Source: Endomicrobiaceae bacterium (GTDB lineage Bacteria > Elusimicrobiota > Endomicrobiia > Endomicrobiales > Endomicrobiaceae). From it: DNA of 64,000 bases. Every line of letters starts with the position of its first letter. The stretch's first letter is position 1. Positions 27,864-37,323 of this stretch are shown in pieces. A model generated the notes under the pieces. That model ran no database searches and was not told where the DNA came from. It saw nothing but the letters and a program-made list of their open reading frames with translations. Position numbers and translations under genes: made by a program. The DNA is taken from positions 13,100-77,099 of the forward strand of contig JAQVBD010000002.1 in NCBI GenBank assembly GCA_028690485.1. The letters run 5' to 3'.

Positions 27864-29978
27864 TTGTATAATGAAAAAATGAATTTATCTTCTGATATTA
27901 AATACATTAAGGGTATCGGGCCAAGAAGATCATCATTGCTGGCAAAACTTGAAATACACACAATAGAGGATTTACTAACCTTTTTTCCAAAGACATACCA
28001 AGATAGAACTAAAATTATAAAAATTAAAAATATTCTATTTAACCAGCATTGTTGTATTTTTGGAAAAATAATTAATGTTTATGAAAAAAGTATTGCCAAA
28101 AACTTATCTGTTTTTTGTGTAGATATAGATGATACCACCGCTGTATTATCTGCAAAATTTTTCAGAAAAGTTAATCCTTATTCAAAATTTGATATTTTTT
28201 CAGGCATTAGATCATCTTTCATTGTAGGCAAACAGGCTTATTTATACGGTATATGTGAAATAAAGTTTGGACAAAGACAAATGTCTATAGAAGATTACGA
28301 AGTACTTGATAATGAATTTGATAAAACAGAACTTTTTAACAGATTATTACCTATATATGATTTAACTGCAGGTATTACTCAAAAAACATTGTTATCAATA
28401 ATAAAAAAAACAGTAAATGAAGCATCTGTTTTTTATCCTGATATATCTAATATAGATATTATTAAATCAACTACAAATATAATGCCAATACAGCAAGCTA
28501 TCAGAAGTCTACATTTCCCAAAAACTTTGCAAGAAGCAGAAGCAGCCAGACAATCTTTTGCTTTGCAAGAATTTTTAATGTTGCAAATAATTCTTTTAAT
28601 GGCAAAGAAAAAAAATCGAAAAAATACAAAAATACAAAAATACACAATTAAAAAAACATTATTAACACCTTTTAAAAATCAATTATCATTTGATTTCACA
28701 AAAGCACAAAAAAAAGTTATTAATGAAATTTTTTCTGATATGACAAGTAATACTGTCATGAATAGAATGTTAATGGGAGATGTCGGTTCAGGTAAAACAG
28801 TGGTTGCATTAAGTGCAATTTTATTAGCAATTGAAAATGGATATCAGGCAGCAATTATTGTCCCAACTGAAATTTTAGCTGAACAACATTTTTTAACATT
28901 TAAAAACATATTAAAAAATCTAAATATAAATATAGATTTAGTTACTTCTTCAACATTAAAAACAAAAAAACAAAGGGAAGAAATTTTAGCAAATATATCC
29001 GAAGGAAAAACTAACATTATTATAGGAACCCACTCCGTAATGGAAGATAGAATTAAATTTAAAAATATCAGCCTTGTTATTATAGATGAACAACATAGAT
29101 TTGGTGTTATGCAAAAAGTTTCAGCTTTATCTAAAGGAGCTACTCCTGATGTCTTAATGATGACAGCTACCCCTATTCCTAGAGGATTAGCAATGACAAT
29201 TTATGGTGAAATGTCTATAAGTGTAATTGATGAATTACCACCTAACAGAACAGCTATTGAAACCTTTTGTTTAACTGAAAATGTAGCATATCAAAGTGCA
29301 ATAAAAGAAATATCAAATGGCGGACAAGTTTATATTGTTTATCCACTAATTGATGAATCTGACAAAGTTGAATTAAAATCTGCTGTTAAAGAAGCCGAAA
29401 TATTATCTCAGACTGTATTTAAAAATAATAGAGTTGCTTTATTACATGGTAAAATGAAGCCTAAAGAAAAAAATGAAATAATGATAAGTTTCAAAAATAA
29501 AGAATTTGATGTTTTAATATCAACAACTGTAATAGAAGTTGGAATAGACGTGCCAAATGCAACAATAATAATCATTCAGCATGCCGACAGATATGGACTT
29601 GCAACTCTGCATCAATTAAGAGGAAGAGTTGGCAGAGGAAAGAAAAAATCTTATTGTTTACTTATATCAGATGTTAAAAGCAAAACATCACAACAAAGAC
29701 TTAAAATCATGACAAAAACTACAGATGGCTTTAAAATTGCATCAGAAGATTTAGAAATGAGAGGTCCTGGAGAGTTTTTGGGAACAAAACAACATGGTTT
29801 CCCAGAATTTAAAGCAGGTGATATTGTAAAAGATATAAAACTTATAGAACTTGCAAAAAATACTGCAAATAAAATAATCGATGAAGATCCAAAATTATCT
29901 TTAGAAAAGAATCTAGCTATCAAATACTTCCTAAATAATAAATATTTAAATATATTTAAAGTTGTACAAGTCGGATAA
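27864..29978 (+). CDS. recG: ATP-dependent DNA helicase RecG
   Basis: GDVGSGKTVVA, IIDEQHRFGV, TATPIPRGLAMT and LHQLRGRVGRG motifs. The start is uncertain: TTG 27864 or ATG 27879. Confidence 0.93.
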   Translation: MYNEKMNLSSDIKYIKGIGPRRSSLLAKLEIHTIEDLLTFFPKTYQDRTKIIKIKNILFNQHCCIFGKIINVYEKSIAKNLSVFCVDIDDTTAVLSAKFFRKVNPYSKFDIFSGIRSSFIVGKQAYLYGICEIKFGQRQMSIEDYEVLDNEFDKTELFNRLLPIYDLTAGITQKTLLSIIKKTVNEASVFYPDISNIDIIKSTTNIMPIQQAIRSLHFPKTLQEAEAARQSFALQEFLMLQIILLMAKKKNRKNTKIQKYTIKKTLLTPFKNQLSFDFTKAQKKVINEIFSDMTSNTVMNRMLMGDVGSGKTVVALSAILLAIENGYQAAIIVPTEILAEQHFLTFKNILKNLNINIDLVTSSTLKTKKQREEILANISEGKTNIIIGTHSVMEDRIKFKNISLVIIDEQHRFGVMQKVSALSKGATPDVLMMTATPIPRGLAMTIYGEMSISVIDELPPNRTAIETFCLTENVAYQSAIKEISNGGQVYIVYPLIDESDKVELKSAVKEAEILSQTVFKNNRVALLHGKMKPKEKNEIMISFKNKEFDVLISTTVIEVGIDVPNATIIIIQHADRYGLATLHQLRGRVGRGKKKSYCLLISDVKSKTSQQRLKIMTKTTDGFKIASEDLEMRGPGEFLGTKQHGFPEFKAGDIVKDIKLIELAKNTANKIIDEDPKLSLEKNLAIKYFLNNKYLNIFKVVQVG

Positions 29979-30173
29979 TTGATATATTTAATATAAATCT
30001 CTTAGTCTATATTACTATAAACGAAATGTTCATATTATAATTAATAAAACTTTTATGAGATTTTTTTATTTTGTTTATTTTATTTTTTATTCTCTCTGTA
30101 TATTTGAGTTAAATTCTGTTATAATATGTGATTAATAATTACTAAAGTTTCTATTGTAATTTTGGATATTCTA

Positions 30174-31211
30174 ATGAAAAAAATATTAATAGCTATGTCT
30201 GGCGGAGTAGATTCATCAACTTGTGCTTATATTCTGCAACAACAAGGATTTGAAGTTGCAGGCCTTACATTAAAATTATACGATTCCCAACATAAAACCT
30301 GTAGTTCTTTAAAAGCTATTGATGATGCAAAAAAAGTTTGTAAGCATTTAAATATAAAACATTTCGTCTTAGATTTGCAAAAAGAATTCTATGATGAAAT
30401 TATAAATAATTTTATAGATTCATATCTTTATGCAAAAACGCCTAATCCTTGTATATTGTGTAACGAAAAAATTAAATTTGGATTGATGTTGAAATATACT
30501 ATCAGCCAAGGTTATGATTGTCTTGCAACCGGACATTATGCACAAATTGAAAAATGTAATAATGAATATAAATTAAAAACACCTAAAGATAAATCAAAAG
30601 ACCAAACTTATTTTCTTTATAGATTAACTCAAAATGAATTATCTAAGATTATATTCCCGTTAGGTATTTATACTAAACAAGAAATTAGAAATATTGCAAA
30701 TAAATCAAATTTGCCGGTTGCAAATAAGCCAGATAGTCAAGAAATTTGTTTCATACAAACTACTTATCATGATTTTTTAGAAAAGAATATAAAAGATTTT
30801 AAAAACAAAGTTTTACCCGGATTAATTGTTGATAAAAATGGTAAAAAATTAGGCAAGCACAAAGGTCTAATTTATTATACTATTGGACAAAGAAGCGGAT
30901 TAGGAATAACAACTTCTGAACCTGTTTATGTACTGAAATTAGATATAACCACAAATACCGTAGTTGTAGGAACAAAAAATGATGTATTTTCAAGAATAGC
31001 AAAAATTGATAATATAAGTTTTATTTCTTCTAAAAAGAATAACGATTTTAAAGCTAATGTTAAAATTAGAAGGATGCATAAACCAGCTAGTGCTTTAATC
31101 AGTAATGATATTATTATTTTTGATGAAGAACAAACATCTATTACTCCTGGTCAGTCTGCTGTTTTTTATGACAATGATGAATATGTTATAGGTGGCGGAT
31201 TTATACTTTAG
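30174..31211 (+). CDS. mnmA: tRNA 2-thiouridine(34) synthase MnmA
   Basis: AMSGGVDSS, NPCILCN and DQTYFLY motifs. ATG 30174 chosen over TTG 30162. Confidence 0.94.
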   Translation: MKKILIAMSGGVDSSTCAYILQQQGFEVAGLTLKLYDSQHKTCSSLKAIDDAKKVCKHLNIKHFVLDLQKEFYDEIINNFIDSYLYAKTPNPCILCNEKIKFGLMLKYTISQGYDCLATGHYAQIEKCNNEYKLKTPKDKSKDQTYFLYRLTQNELSKIIFPLGIYTKQEIRNIANKSNLPVANKPDSQEICFIQTTYHDFLEKNIKDFKNKVLPGLIVDKNGKKLGKHKGLIYYTIGQRSGLGITTSEPVYVLKLDITTNTVVVGTKNDVFSRIAKIDNISFISSKKNNDFKANVKIRRMHKPASALISNDIIIFDEEQTSITPGQSAVFYDNDEYVIGGGFIL

Positions 31212-31227
31212 GATTAACAAAATAACT

Positions 31228-31533
31228 ATGAACAAAAAGAAACGTTCTATATATATATATATATTATTAATTATACTTTTAACTTATTTAATATTTAATC
31301 CAACTGCTAGAAAAATATTTTCAAGATATGTTGAATATTATAAATTATCATCTAATTTAGAACTTGCAGAGCAATCTAATTTAGAATATAAGAAAAGATT
31401 ATATTATCTTGAAACAAAACCTTCGCATATGGAAAGAATTGTAAAATCTGAACTTGGAGTTATTTCTGAAGGCGAAGTTGAATATAGATTTAATCAAGAA
31501 ACTAAAAACGGCGGAAATACCAATGAAAATTAA
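31228..31533 (+). CDS. ftsB: septum formation initiator family protein (FtsB/DivIC-like)
   Basis: Short N-terminal region, one TM helix, a coiled coil, and IVKSELGVISEGEVEYRF at the C-terminus. ATG 31228 chosen. Confidence 0.65.
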   Translation: MNKKKRSIYIYILLIILLTYLIFNPTARKIFSRYVEYYKLSSNLELAEQSNLEYKKRLYYLETKPSHMERIVKSELGVISEGEVEYRFNQETKNGGNTNEN

Positions 31534-32335
31534 AATATTTATCTTCATATTATTAATATCAATTTGTTTGCCATATAAATCAGCTCTTTCTGAATCCAGA
31601 TTACCTCAGAAAAAAATAAAAATTACAGTTACAACTTCACATTTAGCAAATTTAGTCAACGAAATATGTAAAGATAAAGTTGAAATAATAACTATGATTC
31701 AACCTACAATGTGCCCTAGCAATAATGATATTGATCCTGTATTAATGAAAAAAATAGCAAAAAGCAATATAATTCTATATCACTCTTGGCAACCATGGGT
31801 AAAAAGTTTAAAATTCAAAATTGGTAATCTTGGTATAGTTTACAGAGAATTTCAAACTGAAGGCAATTTAATGATTCCATACATAAATGTTAGGGGTGCA
31901 GAAGAAATAAAAAACTTATTTGTAGTTTGGGATGCAGATAATAAAAACTATTACGAACAAAATTTTTTAAATTATATATTTAAAGTGAATCATCTCGCAG
32001 ATGAAATAGCAAAAAACAATGTTAAAAGATACGATACAAAAGTTGCTTGTAATAATAGAATCTCTGATTTCGTTCAATGGTTAGGATTTGAAGTTGTAAT
32101 TGAATATGGAAAATCAGAAGATATCCCTTCATCAGAAATGATGAAATTAGCAAAAAAAATTAAAACGAATAAAGTAAAAATAATTGTAGATAATTTACAA
32201 GTTGGCACAGACATTGGAAGAATACTTAGTAAAGATTTAAAATTAAAGCACATTGTTATTAGTAATTTCCCTCTTGGTAATTCTTATATTAATACTTTAA
32301 AAGATAATGTTGCAAAACTTGATAAGGGTTTATAA
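31523..32335 (+). CDS. metal (Zn/Mn) ABC transporter substrate-binding protein, ZnuA/TroA-like
   Basis: Signal peptide MKIKIFIFILLISICLPYKSALS. The position upstream of the Znu-type ATPase and permease supports the call. Sequence similarity judged by eye is weak. Confidence 0.6.
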   Translation: MKIKIFIFILLISICLPYKSALSESRLPQKKIKITVTTSHLANLVNEICKDKVEIITMIQPTMCPSNNDIDPVLMKKIAKSNIILYHSWQPWVKSLKFKIGNLGIVYREFQTEGNLMIPYINVRGAEEIKNLFVVWDADNKNYYEQNFLNYIFKVNHLADEIAKNNVKRYDTKVACNNRISDFVQWLGFEVVIEYGKSEDIPSSEMMKLAKKIKTNKVKIIVDNLQVGTDIGRILSKDLKLKHIVISNFPLGNSYINTLKDNVAKLDKGL

Positions 32336-33054
32336 TGAATACTGCTGTTTTGTTATCAGATATAAATTTAATAGCAAACAATTCTAGATATATTTTGCAA
32401 AATATCAATCTAGAATTTAATTATGGAGACTGTGTTGCTATTATCGGTCCAAATGGAGCAGGAAAAAGTACTCTCTTAAAAATTATTAATGCATTGATAA
32501 AACCTACTTCCGGGAAAATTAAAATCTTTGAGGAAGATATCAGTAATAAAATAAAAAACAAAATAGGATATATTCCGCAAAGTAATTATTTTGATCCATT
32601 CCTTCCGATATCAGTTAAAGAAGTAATTTCAATTGGACTCTCAGCAAAATATGGTATATTAAAAAAACTATCATATAATGATTCTCAATTAATAGAAGAT
32701 ATAGCAAAAAATGTTGGCATTATAGATTTAATAAATACTCCTATTGGAAAACTTTCTGGCGGCGAAGCTCAGAAATTGTCAATTGCTAGAGTTTTAGCAC
32801 AAGATGCAAAACTAATTCTAATGGATGAACCATTATCAAATTTAGATAACAAAGCTCAAAAAGATATTTTGAATACTATTGATTTTGTTTACCAACAACA
32901 AACAGTCACAATTTTAATAGTGCTTCACAATTTATCACAAATACCAAAAAGTTGCAATAAACTACTTTTTATATCCAATGGTCAAATAGTAAAGTTTGGT
33001 AAAAAAGAAGATATTTTTAACAACAAACAATTTCAGGAGTTATATAATTTATAA
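32335..33054 (+). CDS. metal ABC transporter ATP-binding protein
   Basis: Walker A GPNGAGKST, signature LSGGEAQKLSIAR, Walker B LILMDEP. Confidence 0.9.
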   Translation: MNTAVLLSDINLIANNSRYILQNINLEFNYGDCVAIIGPNGAGKSTLLKIINALIKPTSGKIKIFEEDISNKIKNKIGYIPQSNYFDPFLPISVKEVISIGLSAKYGILKKLSYNDSQLIEDIAKNVGIIDLINTPIGKLSGGEAQKLSIARVLAQDAKLILMDEPLSNLDNKAQKDILNTIDFVYQQQTVTILIVLHNLSQIPKSCNKLLFISNGQIVKFGKKEDIFNNKQFQELYNL

Positions 33055-33056
33055 AT

Positions 33057-33887
33057 ATGGAATTTTTAGATTTTTTTAATTATTCATTCTTTAATAGAGC
33101 TTTAATAATGTCAATTTTAGGTGGCATTTCTTGTGGGATTATCGGAGTATGGATTTTATTATTAAATATCCCATTTATTGGTGTTGCGATGTCTCATGCA
33201 GCTTTTGCCGGTGCTATGACAGGATTATTATTAGGAATAAATCCTGTTTTATGTGGGTTCATTTTCTGTATTGGATCATCTATTTTTATTGATCCGGTAG
33301 CTGAAAAAACTAAATTACATAACAACATATCAATTAGTTTACTTTTTTCTTTTATGTTAGGTATTGCTTTTTTATTTATAGGAATGTTGAAAGATTACAG
33401 AGCTGAAGTTTTAGGATTTATGTGGGGTAATATTCTAACAACTACTTGGCGAGATGTTATATTAATTAGTATTGCTACAGTATTACTAATATCTTTTATT
33501 ATAATTTTTCATAGAGGAATACTTGCTATTTTATTTAACAGAGAAATTTCTAGAGCTTGCGGGATTCCTGAAAAATTGATATTTTATGTTTTGTTGATTT
33601 TATCATCAATAATTGTTAGTTTAAATTTACATTCAATTGGTGGATTACTAATTTATAGTTTGATTGCATTACCTTCAGCATCAGCATATCAACTTACATA
33701 TAGAACAAGTACTATGTATATTATCTCATCTGCTTTTGCAATAACAGCTTGCATTTTAGGATTGTTTATATCTACGATTACAGCTTTACCAGTTGGAGCA
33801 ACAATAATATTATTATCTTGTTCATTGTTTCTGATCTCAGTTATATTTTCAAAAAAGAGAAATTATGAAAAGAAAACATTTTTTTGA
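33057..33887 (+). CDS. metal ABC transporter permease (ZnuB/TroC-like, ABC-3 family)
   Basis: About 8 TM helices. The N-terminus reads FFNRALIMSILGGISCGIIGVWILL, typical of ABC-3 permeases. Confidence 0.85.
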   Translation: MEFLDFFNYSFFNRALIMSILGGISCGIIGVWILLLNIPFIGVAMSHAAFAGAMTGLLLGINPVLCGFIFCIGSSIFIDPVAEKTKLHNNISISLLFSFMLGIAFLFIGMLKDYRAEVLGFMWGNILTTTWRDVILISIATVLLISFIIIFHRGILAILFNREISRACGIPEKLIFYVLLILSSIIVSLNLHSIGGLLIYSLIALPSASAYQLTYRTSTMYIISSAFAITACILGLFISTITALPVGATIILLSCSLFLISVIFSKKRNYEKKTFF

Positions 33888-34455
33888 TATAAATGCAGAT
33901 ATCTGGGACAAAGATATCTGTCCTTTAAAAGAAAACAAAATTGTAAATTTAATATTACCTCTATTAAATTTACAATCAAATGACACTATCCTAGACATTG
34001 GTAGCGGAACCGGAGTACTTGTTCCTTATTTAAGCAAATATATAAAAGATCATAACAAAATTACAGAGCTTGATTTTTCTCAAAGCATGATAAATAAAGC
34101 AAAAGAAAAATTCAAAAATAATATTAATTATTTAGTATCAAATGTTGAAAATATTCCAATTGACGATAATACTTTTTCTAAAGCTATTATCTTCAATTCT
34201 TTTCCTCATTTTGAAGACAAACAAAAAGCCCTATTTGAAATTTTCAGAATATTACAAAATAATGCTATAATATTGCTTGCTCATTCTGATTCAAAAGAGA
34301 TTATTAATGCTCGTCATAAAAAAGTAGGAGGCATTATTGCTGATGACATTTTCCAAAGCAATGATGATATGTCTTTTATGTTTAAAAAAGCAGGATTTAA
34401 AAATATCAAAATTATCGATAATAATGAAGTGTTTTATATAAAAGCAATAAAATAG
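33865..34455 (+). CDS. class I SAM-dependent methyltransferase
   Basis: Motif [12 protein letters not shown]. Methyltransf_11-like layout. Overlaps the permease 3' end by 23 nt. Confidence 0.8.
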   Translation: MKRKHFFDINADIWDKDICPLKENKIVNLILPLLNLQSNDTILDIGSGTGVLVPYLSKYIKDHNKITELDFSQSMINKAKEKFKNNINYLVSNVENIPIDDNTFSKAIIFNSFPHFEDKQKALFEIFRILQNNAIILLAHSDSKEIINARHKKVGGIIADDIFQSNDDMSFMFKKAGFKNIKIIDNNEVFYIKAIK

Positions 34456-34469
34456 GAGGAGTAATAAGG

Positions 34470-35219
34470 ATGTATAAATTAGTTTTAATTAGACATGGCG
34501 AAAGCACTTGGAACAAAGAAAACAAATTCACAGGTTGGACAGATGTAGATTTATCTGAAAAGGGAATTCAAGAAGCTATTAAGGCGGGTCAACAATTAAA
34601 AAAAGATGGTTTTACTTTTGATTTAGCATATACTTCTGTTCTTAAAAGAGCAATAAAAACTTTATGCAATGTACTAGATCAAATGGATAGCTTGTGGATA
34701 CCAGTAAAAAAATCATGGAAACTCAATGAAAGACATTATGGAGCTTTACAAGGTTTAAATAAATCTGAAACAGCAGAAAAATATGGAGAAGATCAAGTAA
34801 AAATATGGAGAAGAAGTTATGATATTCCTCCTCAACCACTAGATATTTCTGATGAAAGATATGCAGGTAATGATCCAAGATATAAAGATTTAGATTCAAA
34901 TATTATTCCTCTTACAGAATGTTTAAAAGATACTGTTGCCAGAGTTATTCCTTTCTGGAATGAAGAAATAGTTCCTAATATAAAAGCCGGTAAAAAAATT
35001 ATTATTGCTGCTCATGGCAATAGTTTAAGAGCTTTAATAAAATATTTAGATAATATAAGTGAAGCTAATATAGTTAATTTAAATTTACCTACAGCTATGC
35101 CATTAGTTTATGAATTAGATGAAAACTTAAAGCCAATTAAAAGTTATTATATTGGTGACCCAGATGCTGTTAAAAAAGCTATGGAAGCTGTGGCTAATCA
35201 AGGTAAAGCTTCAAAATAA
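34470..35219 (+). CDS. gpmA: 2,3-bisphosphoglycerate-dependent phosphoglycerate mutase
   Basis: [30 protein letters not shown] and AHGNSLRAL motifs. Confidence 0.96.
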   Translation: MYKLVLIRHGESTWNKENKFTGWTDVDLSEKGIQEAIKAGQQLKKDGFTFDLAYTSVLKRAIKTLCNVLDQMDSLWIPVKKSWKLNERHYGALQGLNKSETAEKYGEDQVKIWRRSYDIPPQPLDISDERYAGNDPRYKDLDSNIIPLTECLKDTVARVIPFWNEEIVPNIKAGKKIIIAAHGNSLRALIKYLDNISEANIVNLNLPTAMPLVYELDENLKPIKSYYIGDPDAVKKAMEAVANQGKASK

Positions 35220-35225
35220 TAAACT

Positions 35226-35277
35226 AACAAACAAAAAGTCCAGACTTCTAGTAAAAAGTCTGGACTTTTTGTTTGTT
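35226..35277. terminator. bidirectional rho-independent terminator between convergent gpmA and truB
   Basis: Perfect inverted repeat: aacaaacaaaaagtccagactt (35226-35247), loop ctagtaaa (35248-35255), aagtctggactttttgtttgtt (35256-35277). A/T runs in the outer stem supply U-tracts on both strands. Confidence 0.85.
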
Positions 35278-35293
35278 TAATTTTGTTATTTGA

Positions 35294-35983
35294 TTAAATT
35301 TGTATAAGATTATCAATTACTAAATTTTTATCAATATTATCAATATTACAAATTATAGATTGATTTAATTTATAATCCCCGATTTCTTCTCGAATCAAAT
35401 TACTTAATACAGCATCGGTATCTAATTCTCTACCTATATCTTCTGCTAAAGTTCTAATATATGTCCCACTAGAACATTTAACTATTATATCTATAATATT
35501 TTCTTTAAAATTTAATACATCAATACTATATATTATCACTTTTCTTTTCTTTCTTTCTATTGTAATACCCTTTCTGGCAAGTTCATAAAGTTTTTTTCCT
35601 TTAACTTTTAAAGCAGAAAACATTGGAGGTATTTGTTCTATTGATCCTATAAAACTTTCACAAACTTTTTTAATTTGTTCTATAGTAACATGAGCATAAT
35701 CAGATTGTGAAATTACTTTACCTGCAAGATCCCCACTATCCGTTTTTATCCCAAGTTCTATGCTGGCTCTATAAACTTTATCCTGTTTCATAAATTTATC
35801 TTGTAACTTTGTGGCTTTACCAACAAGAATCAGCATCAATCCACTAGCTAAAGGATCCAATGTGCCACAATGTCCAACTTTTTTTACCTGTAATGTTTTT
35901 CTTATTATACTAACGATTTTAAAAGAAGTTATTCCAACAGGCTTATTTACAACAATAAGACCTGAATAATCATTATTTTGCAC
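35294..35983 (-). CDS. truB: tRNA pseudouridine(55) synthase TruB
   Basis: GLIVVNKPVGITSF and GHCGTLDPLASGLMLILVG motifs. Confidence 0.94.
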   Translation of the reverse strand: MQNNDYSGLIVVNKPVGITSFKIVSIIRKTLQVKKVGHCGTLDPLASGLMLILVGKATKLQDKFMKQDKVYRASIELGIKTDSGDLAGKVISQSDYAHVTIEQIKKVCESFIGSIEQIPPMFSALKVKGKKLYELARKGITIERKKRKVIIYSIDVLNFKENIIDIIVKCSSGTYIRTLAEDIGRELDTDAVLSNLIREEIGDYKLNQSIICNIDNIDKNLVIDNLIQI

Positions 35984-36968
35984 TTAACTTATCCTTAAAT
36001 GCATTTATTAATTGTTTTGCGGCAGTATCTATATCGGCATTAATTGTACAACCCGCAGCATTTTTATGACCACCACCATTAAACTGACTTATAAGATCTA
36101 ACAGATTAAATCTTTCAATTGATCTTAAACTCACTTTCGTTGTTTTGTTATCTATTTCTTTAAAGACACAACCGACTACTGCATTTGGAACAGAAATACA
36201 AAAACTTATAATACCATCGGTGTCTGTATCAACAGCTTGAGATTTTTTAAACATATCTTTTGTTAATTTAATATATACAAATTTTTCATTTAAATCTGTT
36301 TGTATATTTGATAAAGCAAAGCCATATAATTTTAACTTATTAATATGTGTTGTCAAAAATAATTTTTTACAGATTTTATTTGATTTTACACCATATTGCA
36401 ATAATTGAGCTGTGACAAAATGAGAGTTAGCCGTTGTGTTTAATTGTTGAAATCTCCCTGTATCTGTAACAATTCCAATATATAAATTTTCAGCTTCTAT
36501 TTTATTTGGTTCTATTTTTAAAGCTAAAAAAACATCATATATAAGTTCTGCCACTGAAGATGAATTAGGAACAACATAATTAACTTTACCAAAATTTTTG
36601 TGTGCTAAATGGTGATCTATATTAATTATGTTTTTTGCTTGGCTGGGACTAATAATGTTACCCATTCTTTCAAAATCTATACATTCTAAAATAATTGCAC
36701 AATCAAAATTAGTTTTTATTTTATTTGTAACTTTAATATTTCTTGCACCTTTCATAAAAAGCATATCTGCAGGTATTGGATCTATGGAACAATGCACAAC
36801 TTTTTTACCCAATCTTCTTAGTACAGATGATAAAGCTAAACCAGAGCCAATGGCATCTCCATCCGGTTTAATATGACCTGCTATAAAAAAAGTTTCTGAT
36901 TGCTTGATTATATTAACAATTGCTCTTAAAATTTCTTCTTTTGGACTATTCTTGAGATGTAGATTCAT
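35973..36968 (-). CDS. nrnA: DHH/DHHA1 phosphoesterase (NrnA-type oligoribonuclease / pAp phosphatase)
   Basis: GHIKPDGDAIGS, IDHH and GGGHKNAAG motifs. The position between rbfA and truB is conserved. Confidence 0.88.
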   Translation of the reverse strand: MNLHLKNSPKEEILRAIVNIIKQSETFFIAGHIKPDGDAIGSGLALSSVLRRLGKKVVHCSIDPIPADMLFMKGARNIKVTNKIKTNFDCAIILECIDFERMGNIISPSQAKNIINIDHHLAHKNFGKVNYVVPNSSSVAELIYDVFLALKIEPNKIEAENLYIGIVTDTGRFQQLNTTANSHFVTAQLLQYGVKSNKICKKLFLTTHINKLKLYGFALSNIQTDLNEKFVYIKLTKDMFKKSQAVDTDTDGIISFCISVPNAVVGCVFKEIDNKTTKVSLRSIERFNLLDLISQFNGGGHKNAAGCTINADIDTAAKQLINAFKDKLSAK

Positions 36969-37320
36969 TTTCTTTCTTCTCTTGTTCTATTTTATCAAAA
37001 AGTTCAAAAATTCTTACGGATTTTTCTCCTGAATCATCATATTGGAATTCAATAGTCGGAGTTCTTCTTAAATTAACAGCATGGGCTAATTGAAATCTTA
37101 TTTGTTTAATATTGTCTTTTAAAACAACTGATGTATTTTCAATATCATCTTGACTTCCTATAACAGAATAAAAAATCCTACAAGTTTGTAAATCATCTGT
37201 AAGTTTTACTTTAGTCACTGTAAGTAATCCTTTATTAAGAGCTTTCACATCTCTTAAAATTCCGACAATTTTTTCTTGTATTAATTCTGCTACTCTTGTA
37301 GATCTTTTATATGCTTTCAA
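36946..37320 (-). CDS. rbfA: ribosome-binding factor A
   Basis: RSTRVAELIQEKI and the RRTPTIEF motif. Follows infB. Confidence 0.93.
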   Translation of the reverse strand: MKAYKRSTRVAELIQEKIVGILRDVKALNKGLLTVTKVKLTDDLQTCRIFYSVIGSQDDIENTSVVLKDNIKQIRFQLAHAVNLRRTPTIEFQYDDSGEKSVRIFELFDKIEQEKKENESTSQE

Positions 37321-37323
37321 AGT

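Noticed and set aside
29979-30161. The 183-nt recG-mnmA spacer as a possible ncRNA or regulatory element.
   Set aside because: It is extremely AT-rich with T-runs and an extended -10-like TGTTATAAT, which is consistent with a simple promoter region. I could find no stable stem-loops.
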